Of a stretch of DNA of 36,745 nucleotides, positions 28,696 through 36,731 are shown piece by piece. Both the position numbers and the translations under genes were made by a program. Below the pieces are notes generated by a model. It made no database searches, was not told the DNA's origin, and saw only the letters and a list, made by a program, of their open reading frames with translations. The number at the start of each line of letters is the position of its first letter. Position 1 is the stretch's first letter. Source of the DNA: a virus (taxonomy: Duplodnaviria; Caudoviricetes); IMG/VR virus record IMGVR_UViG_3300020017_000024, positions 1 through 36,745 of that record. One strand, written 5' to 3'.

Positions 28696-29457
28696 TTAAC
28701 AGGTTATTTCGTTGAATGGAATTTGTGTCGGCAAACCGCAATTGTAATTCATTGTCGGTGCGAAATCGGTGTAAATGTTGAACATTTGAATTGTCACCAA
28801 TCCCGTGATTGCATCGTAATTTGTAGTCGATGAAACACCCGTTCCGTAAATTTGTTGTAAATTATTTTCCAAAATTCCGTTGAATCCAACAGGATCGCCA
28901 ACAGGATCGCCCAACAAAAGGATTGTTCCGAATTCCAAAATTTCAATGTAAATATTTGTGCAAATTGCAGGATTGAATCCGAATTCCACTTCGAAACAAT
29001 GTTTGTTGCATAACGTTGTGAATGCTGAACGTCCCAAATTGCAATTGCCATCAATCACATCAATTGATGTTATTGGTGAAATCGGTGACGTTGTAAATGT
29101 CCGCAAAACAAATGTTGATGGCAAACCAAAACAATTCACATAAGAGAATGAACCACCACCGCCATTCGGATAAAAATTGATCATATATTGTGACCAATCC
29201 GAATAATATGGAAACGATCCGTGAATCCCATCATCAATTGACCAATCACAGGTTCCTGTCATAAATCCCGTGCATCCCGTGTCCTGAATCAATGCAAAAT
29301 GCATACACATCGGTTTTGGTTCAACAGGATTTTCATCAATGAATTCATTCCGATGTTTGCAATTTGAACAATCGTTGTTGTCACATTGCACACAACCACG
29401 TTGTGAATTGACAACCTTTGTTGTGATCCTGTCAAATGCCTGTTTTATCCCTTTCAT
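28696..29457 (-). CDS. Cys-rich putative virion protein (253 aa)
   Basis: Start MKGIK by ATGA overlap; CxxC...CxxC N-terminus; about 14 Cys. Confidence 0.6.
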   Translation of the reverse strand: MKGIKQAFDRITTKVVNSQRGCVQCDNNDCSNCKHRNEFIDENPVEPKPMCMHFALIQDTGCTGFMTGTCDWSIDDGIHGSFPYYSDWSQYMINFYPNGGGGSFSYVNCFGLPSTFVLRTFTTSPISPITSIDVIDGNCNLGRSAFTTLCNKHCFEVEFGFNPAICTNIYIEILEFGTILLLGDPVGDPVGFNGILENNLQQIYGTGVSSTTNYDAITGLVTIQMFNIYTDFAPTMNYNCGLPTQIPFNEITC

Positions 29458-29789
29458 TCCCGCCAAAATGATTTGTCCAACACGTTCAATGCAAAATGTG
29501 AAAACATCGTTGTCGGCACATACCACCAACCTGATATTCCAATTTCAAAATAGTAAATCAGGAATACACCCGATGTGATCCAAATGTTTTGGCAATATGC
29601 ACATAACCCCAAAGGATTCGCCATAAAATGAAACGGGTTTTTCAAATTATCCCTGAAATGCTTTTCAACGAACGGAATCCATTTGCCGAAAACGTTTCCA
29701 GGACGAAAACAAAATTCCAAAAAAAACGTGATCAATGCCGATGTGAATGCGACAAACAACATTTCAAAAAATTCCAATGCTTCCATCAT
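29454..29789 (-). CDS. Small membrane protein with CxxC (DUF1360-like; candidate thiol-disulfide oxidoreductase)
   Basis: 111 aa with 2-3 hydrophobic helices; PLGLCAYCQNIW lies at the start of a helix. Confidence 0.6.
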   Translation of the reverse strand: MMEALEFFEMLFVAFTSALITFFLEFCFRPGNVFGKWIPFVEKHFRDNLKNPFHFMANPLGLCAYCQNIWITSGVFLIYYFEIGISGWWYVPTTMFSHFALNVLDKSFWRE

Positions 29790-29796
29790 TTTATGT

Positions 29797-30117
29797 TTAA
29801 GGATTGACGCACATTGCAACGATTCCGTGTGCGATGAAACAACAAGCCCCATCGGTTGACGTTGCGAAATTGACACCCTGTGAAACCATACACAAAGGCA
29901 ATTTGATTTTGATCATCACATCCGAATTTTCATTGAACGTGTACGGCAAAACGATTTGATCGCCCGTTCCAAATGTGACAACGGATTCCATAAATGAACC
30001 ATTGTTCCAAATTTGAAATGTGAAATCCGCATCGCCAGGACACGGATTCGTGAAACCGAAATCGATGTTTTCGTTGTAGGCGAAACACCCTAATTCCTTT
30101 GTGCATCCACAATTCAT
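29797..30117 (-). CDS. Cys-rich small beta protein (106 aa, 8 Cys)
   Basis: MNCGC...GACCF...MC. Confidence 0.65.
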   Translation of the reverse strand: MNCGCTKELGCFAYNENIDFGFTNPCPGDADFTFQIWNNGSFMESVVTFGTGDQIVLPYTFNENSDVMIKIKLPLCMVSQGVNFATSTDGACCFIAHGIVAMCVNP

Positions 30118-30129
30118 TTTTATTTGTTT

Positions 30130-30666
30130 TTAAATGTAAAAGTTTTTCAAAGATATATCAAAATCAATTGCAACGAAAATCAGGTTTTTGTCGAATTGTT
30201 TTGGTTTTTCGGTTTCCGATTTCAAAACCGCAATCGAATCGACCTGCGATCGAACAGGTTTGAATTCAACATTTTTGATCATTTGGTTTCCGATCGTGAA
30301 ATCCCCGATTTGCGTTGATGTGATCGCATTTCGCAAACGATTTTCAAGTTCATATCGACACCAATTTTTCACGCAACAAACAACCCTTAATTCGAACACT
30401 GAAACGTTTGCCGTTTGTGAACACGAAACAAATTGTTTGTTGTTTGGTATTTCCTCAAATCGGATTTCGCCATTGTCCCGATGCCTTATGTAAAACCAAT
30501 TAATCACATTGTCACCGATCCCTGAATAAACATATTCATTTGAATCATCGTTCATCAACAAAACACGTCCATCGTCATCGATGATTGCCAATGCGACACC
30601 CTTTGTGAATTCGGGCATTTTTGATTTGATTGAATTAATCAGGACGTTTAAAATGTCTTTTATCAT
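30130..30666 (-). CDS. Putative tail terminator/completion protein
   Basis: Size and position after a neck-like gene. Confidence 0.45.
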   Translation of the reverse strand: MIKDILNVLINSIKSKMPEFTKGVALAIIDDDGRVLLMNDDSNEYVYSGIGDNVINWFYIRHRDNGEIRFEEIPNNKQFVSCSQTANVSVFELRVVCCVKNWCRYELENRLRNAITSTQIGDFTIGNQMIKNVEFKPVRSQVDSIAVLKSETEKPKQFDKNLIFVAIDFDISLKNFYI

Positions 30667-31139
30667 AACCTTAAAAGTATTTCATCAATTTTTTCATTCA
30701 GCAAATCCGTAATGTATGCGGACGTTTCAATTTCCTCACTTTGTGATGGAACAAATATTTCCATTTTCTTTTTTCCGATTTTTTTTGCCTGGATGATTTC
30801 CTGCCCTGTCGCTTTCAAATAATCGGCATCGTTGATGACCGCCAAAACAACCTCCGAATCGTTTTCCTGAACAACCTGAATTGAATTCCGCAAATCGGAT
30901 GTGAATTCCAAATCAACGAATCCGATTTGATTTCCCTTTTTTTCCCTCTTTTTTTTCCACCACTTTGATTTGTATGAACCAATTGGTGTTTCAGCGGAAT
31001 TCAAACCTTTGTTGAATATGCGGGTTTTCATTTCACCCTCCAAATATTTGCCACCCAACAACAACAAATCGCCTTTGTAATTTGCAATTTCAATCGCAAA
31101 TTGTCGCACCTTGTTTTGAAAATTTTCCCGTGTGATCAT
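30663..31139 (-). CDS. Putative neck/virion morphogenesis protein
   Basis: YKSKWWKKKREKKG...VDLEFTSDLRNSI resembles tail-completion (Mu gpG-like) proteins. Confidence 0.55.
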   Translation of the reverse strand: MITRENFQNKVRQFAIEIANYKGDLLLLGGKYLEGEMKTRIFNKGLNSAETPIGSYKSKWWKKKREKKGNQIGFVDLEFTSDLRNSIQVVQENDSEVVLAVINDADYLKATGQEIIQAKKIGKKKMEIFVPSQSEEIETSAYITDLLNEKIDEILLRL

Positions 31140-31567
31140 CGTTTAATTGAATCAATTATTTTCGAAACACCTATCATCAACAGGAAACACAAAAACACAA
31201 TCAAAAATATTTCAATCCCGTTTTTGCTTACTAACTGATGAACACGTTCAACGTTTGTTTCGGTTTTCCATTTGGTGACAACAATAGTGTCCGATGGACA
31301 TTCAGGTTGAATGAATATTGAATCGCCGGGCAACCTTACAACCTTGACTTTGACATCGGTTTTTTTGTCAATGATGAATATCGTGTCACGATTCAAAACC
31401 GAAATGATCGTGTCAAACGATTTTGATGTCGTGATGATTGTCGTGTCACGGAATGTCGTGATCACATTTGTTGATTCAGGGAATTTTTCCGCACAACGTT
31501 TTGCGGTGACACACCCTGATTCAACACCCATCATCAGGAACACGAACGGGATCAGCAGGTTTTTCAT
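31136..31567 (-). CDS. Candidate unimolecular spanin
   Basis: Lipoprotein-like signal (MKNLLIPFVFLMMGVESG-C), beta-rich middle, C-terminal TM helix; directly after the holin. Confidence 0.6.
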   Translation of the reverse strand: MKNLLIPFVFLMMGVESGCVTAKRCAEKFPESTNVITTFRDTTIITTSKSFDTIISVLNRDTIFIIDKKTDVKVKVVRLPGDSIFIQPECPSDTIVVTKWKTETNVERVHQLVSKNGIEIFLIVFLCFLLMIGVSKIIDSIKR

Positions 31568-32054
31568 CCTTTTTAACGATGTCATTTTTGTATGCATCGA
31601 TTTTTTTGTAAAATATTTCAGCGAATATCGGGTTGATCAATTTTAACAATGACAGGTTTTTCACTAAAGACAACATCGAAACAATGACCAACGGAACGAA
31701 AACCGCTTCGTTTAACCATATCAACGCACCTGATCCCTTTGATAAATTTGTCGCAAACATCAACAATGCCGTGTGTGATAACATTGTCCAAAGGAATCGC
31801 AATGCCTTTCGTGTTTCGAATTTATCATTCCGAAATGCCAAAACGATCCCCGTGATATTGTCACAAACAATCAAACCGATCAATGAATAAAACGAAATTG
31901 CAGGATCAAAAATCCAATCGGAAACGAATCCTGTCGTTGCACCAAACGAAAAACCACCAATCAAAGTTGTCATCAATACTTCATTTTTTAGTTTCAATGA
32001 CAATATAGATTCCACAACCTCAATCACTTCATTCGGCAACAAATATTTTTTCAT
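31521..32054 (-). CDS. Holin
   Basis: Several TM helices, D.ITG motif and SLVKNL pattern of phage holin family 4-like proteins; likely start MKKYLL. Confidence 0.7.
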   Translation of the reverse strand: MKKYLLPNEVIEVVESILSLKLKNEVLMTTLIGGFSFGATTGFVSDWIFDPAISFYSLIGLIVCDNITGIVLAFRNDKFETRKALRFLWTMLSHTALLMFATNLSKGSGALIWLNEAVFVPLVIVSMLSLVKNLSLLKLINPIFAEIFYKKIDAYKNDIVKKDEKPADPVRVPDDGC

Positions 32055-32056
32055 TT

Positions 32057-32170
32057 TCAAAATCGTTTTGGGCGGGTTGTCGGTTTGATGGGGCGAATCG
32101 TTGTTGGTTTTGGGCGGGAACCACCGCAGGATCCGCATCCTTTATTTTCTAAAACGAATTGTTTTGTCAT
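32057..32170 (-). CDS. 37-aa microprotein with CxxC (absent from the ORF track)
   Basis: MTKQFVLENKGCGSCGGSRPKPTTIRPIKPTTRPKRF; fits exactly between its neighbours. Confidence 0.6.
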   Translation of the reverse strand: MTKQFVLENKGCGSCGGSRPKPTTIRPIKPTTRPKRF

Positions 32171-32182
32171 ATTATTTTTGAT

Positions 32183-33124
32183 TTATGGTAAACCTTGAAC
32201 GTACCTGGATTGATTGCAAATGATACAACAATCATCAACACGTTTCATCAATTCGGGAATCGAAGCGATCAGGATTTTGAAATGTTTGTCGTATTCCTTT
32301 GAAAACATATCAAACAGGAATTCCGTTTTTTCCGAATCTAACAACGTCATTGAATTCAAACGATCCGTTGTGATCGCCTCTTTTATGATTTCCAATCCTG
32401 ATTTGTACAAAATAGGCAATGCCAATTTCGGGGCAATGATGCAACCTAATTCATCAATTGAACATTCGGAATTCGCTTTTACATTCAACCCGTAGGTTGA
32501 ATTCGCATTGTTCGCCCCGTTCCATCCTGACGCATTCAAATATTGTGATGATTTGGATGAACATCCGCAACCCTCTTTGACATCGGCATCATTCACGTTG
32601 ATGTTTGTATCATTCATTGTGATGAATATTTCATTCGATGTCGAAAAATAATCAGGAAACAATTCAGCATTGCCATTCGCATCAGTTGTGAACGGAAATG
32701 ATGTCGTGTTCAATCCATCAGTAATTTCAACGGAATGATTGAAATTCGCTTGTTGTATGTTTACAACAATTGAATTCACCCTGATCCTGATCAACCGGGA
32801 TTGTTTTGTTTTCAAATGAACACCACGATCAGCATTGACAAAAGGCAAAAACGTTGTTGTGAATTTACCGACATCGATTGTGTCGATGATTGAATTCATC
32901 CTGAAATAAGGCAATGAATATGCTGAAATTTCATTCAACACCAATGATGTGGCGAATTCGATTTTCGATTTCAGGAATTCCAATCCTGACACGTGATCGG
33001 AATCGGCAATGTCGGATGCATAACGCAAATTCAAACCCTCCAAATCGTTGATCCAAAATCCCGATTTTGATTGTGTGAAACACCGAACACCGATGTAATT
33101 TTCAAGGCAATTTGGAATAGCCAT
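32183..33124 (-). CDS. Putative head-tail adaptor/structural protein (313 aa, 9 Cys)
   Basis: Position in the late operon; helical ends around a beta-rich insert. Confidence 0.5.
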   Translation of the reverse strand: MAIPNCLENYIGVRCFTQSKSGFWINDLEGLNLRYASDIADSDHVSGLEFLKSKIEFATSLVLNEISAYSLPYFRMNSIIDTIDVGKFTTTFLPFVNADRGVHLKTKQSRLIRIRVNSIVVNIQQANFNHSVEITDGLNTTSFPFTTDANGNAELFPDYFSTSNEIFITMNDTNINVNDADVKEGCGCSSKSSQYLNASGWNGANNANSTYGLNVKANSECSIDELGCIIAPKLALPILYKSGLEIIKEAITTDRLNSMTLLDSEKTEFLFDMFSKEYDKHFKILIASIPELMKRVDDCCIICNQSRYVQGLP

Positions 33125-33620
33125 AAGGATCGGAATTGTAAATGTTTTTTTCGTTGATTTTTATTTTGCAATCATTACGCAACCAATCAGGAACAAAAAA
33201 CGATGGACACGCTTTGTTCGAAAATTGGTTGTGACCTGCAATCAAAACATCGGGATTGTATGCCAATACTTCAGCGATGATTGATGTCAGCATCATTGAT
33301 TGTGTTTCGGTCATTGTGTTTTTAGGTGTTCGTTTGTCGGCATCCAATCCACCAATATAGCAAACGTGACGTGATATTGAATTGATTCCTGCAACCCCGT
33401 TTGTGATTTCGTTTTCATCAATCCATTTGTCCCCGTTATGTTTCACGAAATTGTGTCGTGATCCATCCAACAAAATCAAATCCGAATATCCGACACGTGA
33501 CCAACCACGACCAACGGGTTTCGGTTTGGTGTGCCAATTGCGAATTGTTTCAGCGGTGAATGATTTACCCTGCGGTGTTGCTGAACAATGAATGATCAAA
33601 TATTTATGTTGTTGTTTCAT
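33102..33620 (-). CDS. Endolysin, N-acetylmuramoyl-L-alanine amidase (T7 lysozyme-like)
   Basis: IIHCSAT, VGY, CYIGG and GHNQFSNKACPSF Zn-ligand motifs; likely start MKQQH. Confidence 0.92.
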   Translation of the reverse strand: MKQQHKYLIIHCSATPQGKSFTAETIRNWHTKPKPVGRGWSRVGYSDLILLDGSRHNFVKHNGDKWIDENEITNGVAGINSISRHVCYIGGLDADKRTPKNTMTETQSMMLTSIIAEVLAYNPDVLIAGHNQFSNKACPSFFVPDWLRNDCKIKINEKNIYNSDPYGYSKLP

Positions 33621-33960
33621 TTTCGTTTTGCGGTTGATCATCAACAGGCAAATCGGGTTTTTCAGTTTTTGTTTTTGATGCTTTTGTTTTTGATGACAAT
33701 ACAAATGTATCGTATCGTTTGCCCTCTTTTTTTTCAATCTTTATTCCAGGCATTTCATTTTCGATCCATTCGATCACACCCTGAATTTGATTGTTCAATT
33801 TATATCGATATGAAAATTTTTGAACGGCAAATTCAACTGAATTTTTTTCCGCATTCAAAACCTGAACATCGTATGTTTTGCCGATGCCCCAAACAAATGT
33901 TTCAATCGCTTTTGCAATTTCATCATTGGTTTGTTTCAATTTGTGTTGACTGATTAACAT
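33604..33960 (-). CDS. Hypothetical protein
   Basis: 118-aa ORF after the terminator. Confidence 0.6.
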   Translation of the reverse strand: MLISQHKLKQTNDEIAKAIETFVWGIGKTYDVQVLNAEKNSVEFAVQKFSYRYKLNNQIQGVIEWIENEMPGIKIEKKEGKRYDTFVLSSKTKASKTKTEKPDLPVDDQPQNENETTT

Positions 33961-33984
33961 TCAATTTTTGTTTTAGTAAAAGTA

Positions 33985-34020
33985 AAAAAAAACGGGGATC
34001 AAATAACCGATCCCCGTTTT
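33985..34020 (-). terminator. Rho-independent terminator after the capsid and tube genes
   Basis: AAAACGGGGATC-loop-GATCCCCGTTTT with a long U-run on the minus strand. Confidence 0.85.
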
Positions 34021-34046
34021 AACATCAAACAAGCAAACAAACAATT

Positions 34047-34601
34047 TTAAAAACCTGATAAATCGACCTTAACAGGACAAACCATTGTCACGGAATTCCA
34101 AAGGATTGTTCCATCGAAATAGGTTGAACCTGTGTTGTTGTCCTCGATAACCTCATCAATCTCGATTTGGAAATCGTTGATCACACCATAAAAATAGCCA
34201 TCACAAGAATAATAGCCAAATTTATAGGATGATGGTTCGGTCAAAATAGTGTTCCAAAAATCATAAGCCAAACAACCACCACCAGGTGTGATCGTGTCGG
34301 TGTTGTAATCCTGGAACGTCAATTGTTTTTCAGCACCGACAACACCCTCAGGTTGACACGATGCGATCCTTTTTTTGGTGAATGATCCTTTTGGTTTTTG
34401 TCCCAAAATCAAACCGCTGAAAACAACGTCACCCGCACCAACTGCGGTTGTCCATTCGGCAACACTATCGATGTCGGTAAACGTGTAATCACATTTGATG
34501 AAAACCAATTTTGAAATACCACCTGGACGTGTTACGATTCCGCAACCGCCTGAATAACTTTCAGGTAATGCAGGGGCACAATTTGAATTGCATATTGCCA
34601 T
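34047..34601 (-). CDS. Putative major tail tube protein
   Basis: 184-aa beta-rich protein between the capsid gene and a terminator, consistent with high expression. Confidence 0.6.
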   Translation of the reverse strand: MAICNSNCAPALPESYSGGCGIVTRPGGISKLVFIKCDYTFTDIDSVAEWTTAVGAGDVVFSGLILGQKPKGSFTKKRIASCQPEGVVGAEKQLTFQDYNTDTITPGGGCLAYDFWNTILTEPSSYKFGYYSCDGYFYGVINDFQIEIDEVIEDNNTGSTYFDGTILWNSVTMVCPVKVDLSGF

Positions 34602-34609
34602 TTTTTTAT

Positions 34610-34616
34610 CCTCCTA
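34610..34616 (-). promoter_or_regulatory. Shine-Dalgarno TAGGAGG
   Basis: 8 nt upstream of the ATG at 34601. Confidence 0.6.
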
Positions 34617-34640
34617 TTTTTTTAAATTATTAATGTTTAT

Positions 34641-35663
34641 TTATGGGGCAGGACATTGAACCGCACCTGCGGAACAATCTTCAAACAACAATGTCAAATT
34701 GCTATCAGCATTCACGCAAAGCGATGTTTTTGGAATAAAGAACAAAGCCCAATTCAAAGCCAATTCAACAAACCATTTTTCGGCACAATCATCATAAGAT
34801 GTTTTCAAATCATAAACCAATCCTGTGAATGGATCAACTATTGTTCCGTGTGTCATTGTATCACTTTGTTTTGCATAGTCACCCAAATATTTATTCCAAG
34901 TGATCATTTGAACCGCACCTGGTGCGAATGCAATAAATTGTTTTGGATCAAATACTGAATTCACGTTGATGTCGTGAAAAAACATTCCATCGGATGACAT
35001 ACGTGACAAATCCATTCCGAATTCGGTGTTGCAACAAGCGATTTGTTGTGCCTTTGCGTAAATGTCAAGTGATGAACCACCAACGATCAAAGGTGTTCCG
35101 TTTGCACCAAGTTCATCCATATAATGGCGGATTTGTGCCCAAGCCAACGGATTTGGTGAACCTGATGTCGTATAAAGCGGAATTTGTGTCAATGCTGATC
35201 CTGATGCGTTGTCACCGATGTTTGTTGCGGTCAATGCCAAAATCGCCTTGTCAACGGACATATTGATTGCGTTCATCGACTTCATAATGTTTTGAGAAAC
35301 CCAAACGTTGTCCGCTTCGCACAATTTACGCATTTCGTTTTCATCAAACGACATTTTGTATTTCGCACAATTGAATTCCGAAATGATTGTTTCATTTGGT
35401 TCGGGTGTTACATCAGCGGTGCAATCAGCCGTGCAATCGGTGTTCACATCGGCATCACACGCCTGTGCGATCCAATTCACCTGAACTTGTTTGAATTTTC
35501 CGTTTGTCGGAACCATTTGTGCGGTCATTTGTGATCTGTTCACCTGTGACATTAACGCATCGATGTAACCAACTTTTTGGCGATTCAATGCTGGGGCATT
35601 AGTACCTGCAACGTCATTGATGTTCACCTGTAATTTTTCGCATAATCCTTTAGTGTATGCCAT
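34641..35663 (-). CDS. Major capsid protein
   Basis: 340 aa from MAYTKG; follows the scaffold; size and layout fit an HK97 fold. Confidence 0.75.
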   Translation of the reverse strand: MAYTKGLCEKLQVNINDVAGTNAPALNRQKVGYIDALMSQVNRSQMTAQMVPTNGKFKQVQVNWIAQACDADVNTDCTADCTADVTPEPNETIISEFNCAKYKMSFDENEMRKLCEADNVWVSQNIMKSMNAINMSVDKAILALTATNIGDNASGSALTQIPLYTTSGSPNPLAWAQIRHYMDELGANGTPLIVGGSSLDIYAKAQQIACCNTEFGMDLSRMSSDGMFFHDINVNSVFDPKQFIAFAPGAVQMITWNKYLGDYAKQSDTMTHGTIVDPFTGLVYDLKTSYDDCAEKWFVELALNWALFFIPKTSLCVNADSNLTLLFEDCSAGAVQCPAP

Positions 35664-35898
35664 TGTAATTTTTAGTTTTTTAGTTAATAATTGATTTGAA
35701 ATTTTGAGCAAAAAAAAATCCTGACACGAACAAATGATGAATCAATTGTTGTTCGAATCAGGTTTCGAATTTTACCCGTTGCATTTTGGGATGCCTCCCC
35801 AATTGAGTAAATGAACCTCCGTTCCGTTTGGTTTAAGGTGCGGGAATTAGTGAATGATTCACGGATCAATCAAAAACCCCCGCAACCCTAACATTCCA
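35664..35898 (-). ncRNA. Candidate structured 5' leader of the capsid gene
   Basis: Several stems, a GNRA tetraloop and a terminator-like hairpin with U-run. Confidence 0.4.
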
Positions 35899-35926
35899 CA
35901 AATATAAATAAATTTTTATTGTCCAA
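35899..35926 (-). promoter_or_regulatory. Bacteroidota-type promoter upstream of the capsid leader
   Basis: TTG-N17-TATATTTG. Confidence 0.5.
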
Positions 35927-36731
35927 ATGTCCTGATGTTTTTCATTTGTTCGGCATTTTGTTTTGCCAAATCCAAACCGGGCAAATTGAATTTCGTTTCC
36001 GTTTTCGAATCAGGTGTGAATGTCGATTTGCGTTCCAATTGTTTTTGTTCGGGTGTTCCGTTACTTTGCTTTACTACGTTCAACGACTTCAATTGGTTTT
36101 CCAAAATTTCATCGAATGTCAAAACCTTTGTTCCATCATCATTCAGGGGATTCAAACCATCCTTTGTTTTCACAATCAACGATCCATCATCGTTCAAATC
36201 AACGTTGAATTGTTTGTTGATGTAATTTTGAACCGCAGGGAAAACAACTTCGGATGAAACAATCAATTGTTTCGATCCCAATATCGAACGAATTGCGGAT
36301 TCCTTTTTGAACGATTTGATTTGTTCCTTTGCTTCATTTTCCTTTGCAGGGATGATTTCATCGGTCAATCGTTTATTTTCTTTTGTCAATTCGATGATCC
36401 TGTTTTGCAATTCATCGGTTGTGGATGATCCCGACATTTTCAATTTGTCGTGTGCGATTTGTAGGATGTCATCGAATTTTTTTTCTTTTATTTCATCCGC
36501 TGACAAACCGAATGTTTTTTTCAATTTGTGTTCCACCTTTGACAATTCCGTTCCTCTTATTTCATCCTTAATCGGTTGAATGAATTCGGGATCGTTGGCG
36601 ATCACATCACGGAAATTTGATTTAAATGATTGTGCGAATTCATCGACATTCAATTCATCATCGGTTGTCAGTTTTGAAATCACATCGGATTTGACACCGA
36701 TTTTTTTCAGGAATGTTTCAATGTTTTTCAT
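35916..36731 (-). CDS. Capsid scaffolding protein
   Basis: Charged coiled-coil protein immediately upstream of the capsid gene. Confidence 0.65.
   Translation of the reverse strand: MKNIETFLKKIGVKSDVISKLTTDDELNVDEFAQSFKSNFRDVIANDPEFIQPIKDEIRGTELSKVEHKLKKTFGLSADEIKEKKFDDILQIAHDKLKMSGSSTTDELQNRIIELTKENKRLTDEIIPAKENEAKEQIKSFKKESAIRSILGSKQLIVSSEVVFPAVQNYINKQFNVDLNDDGSLIVKTKDGLNPLNDDGTKVLTFDEILENQLKSLNVVKQSNGTPEQKQLERKSTFTPDSKTETKFNLPGLDLAKQNAEQMKNIRTFGQ

Noticed and set aside
35684-35869. 61-aa ORF in the capsid leader, and the extended capsid start at 35711
   Set aside because: Non-ATG starts with no A-rich leader; the region is better explained as structured RNA, and the ATG at 35663 fits the capsid gene.
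727-36579. Numerous plus-strand ORFs of 60-185 aa
   Set aside because: They are antisense shadows of long minus-strand genes with no recognisable motifs; scarcity of TAG/CTA lengthens spurious frames.
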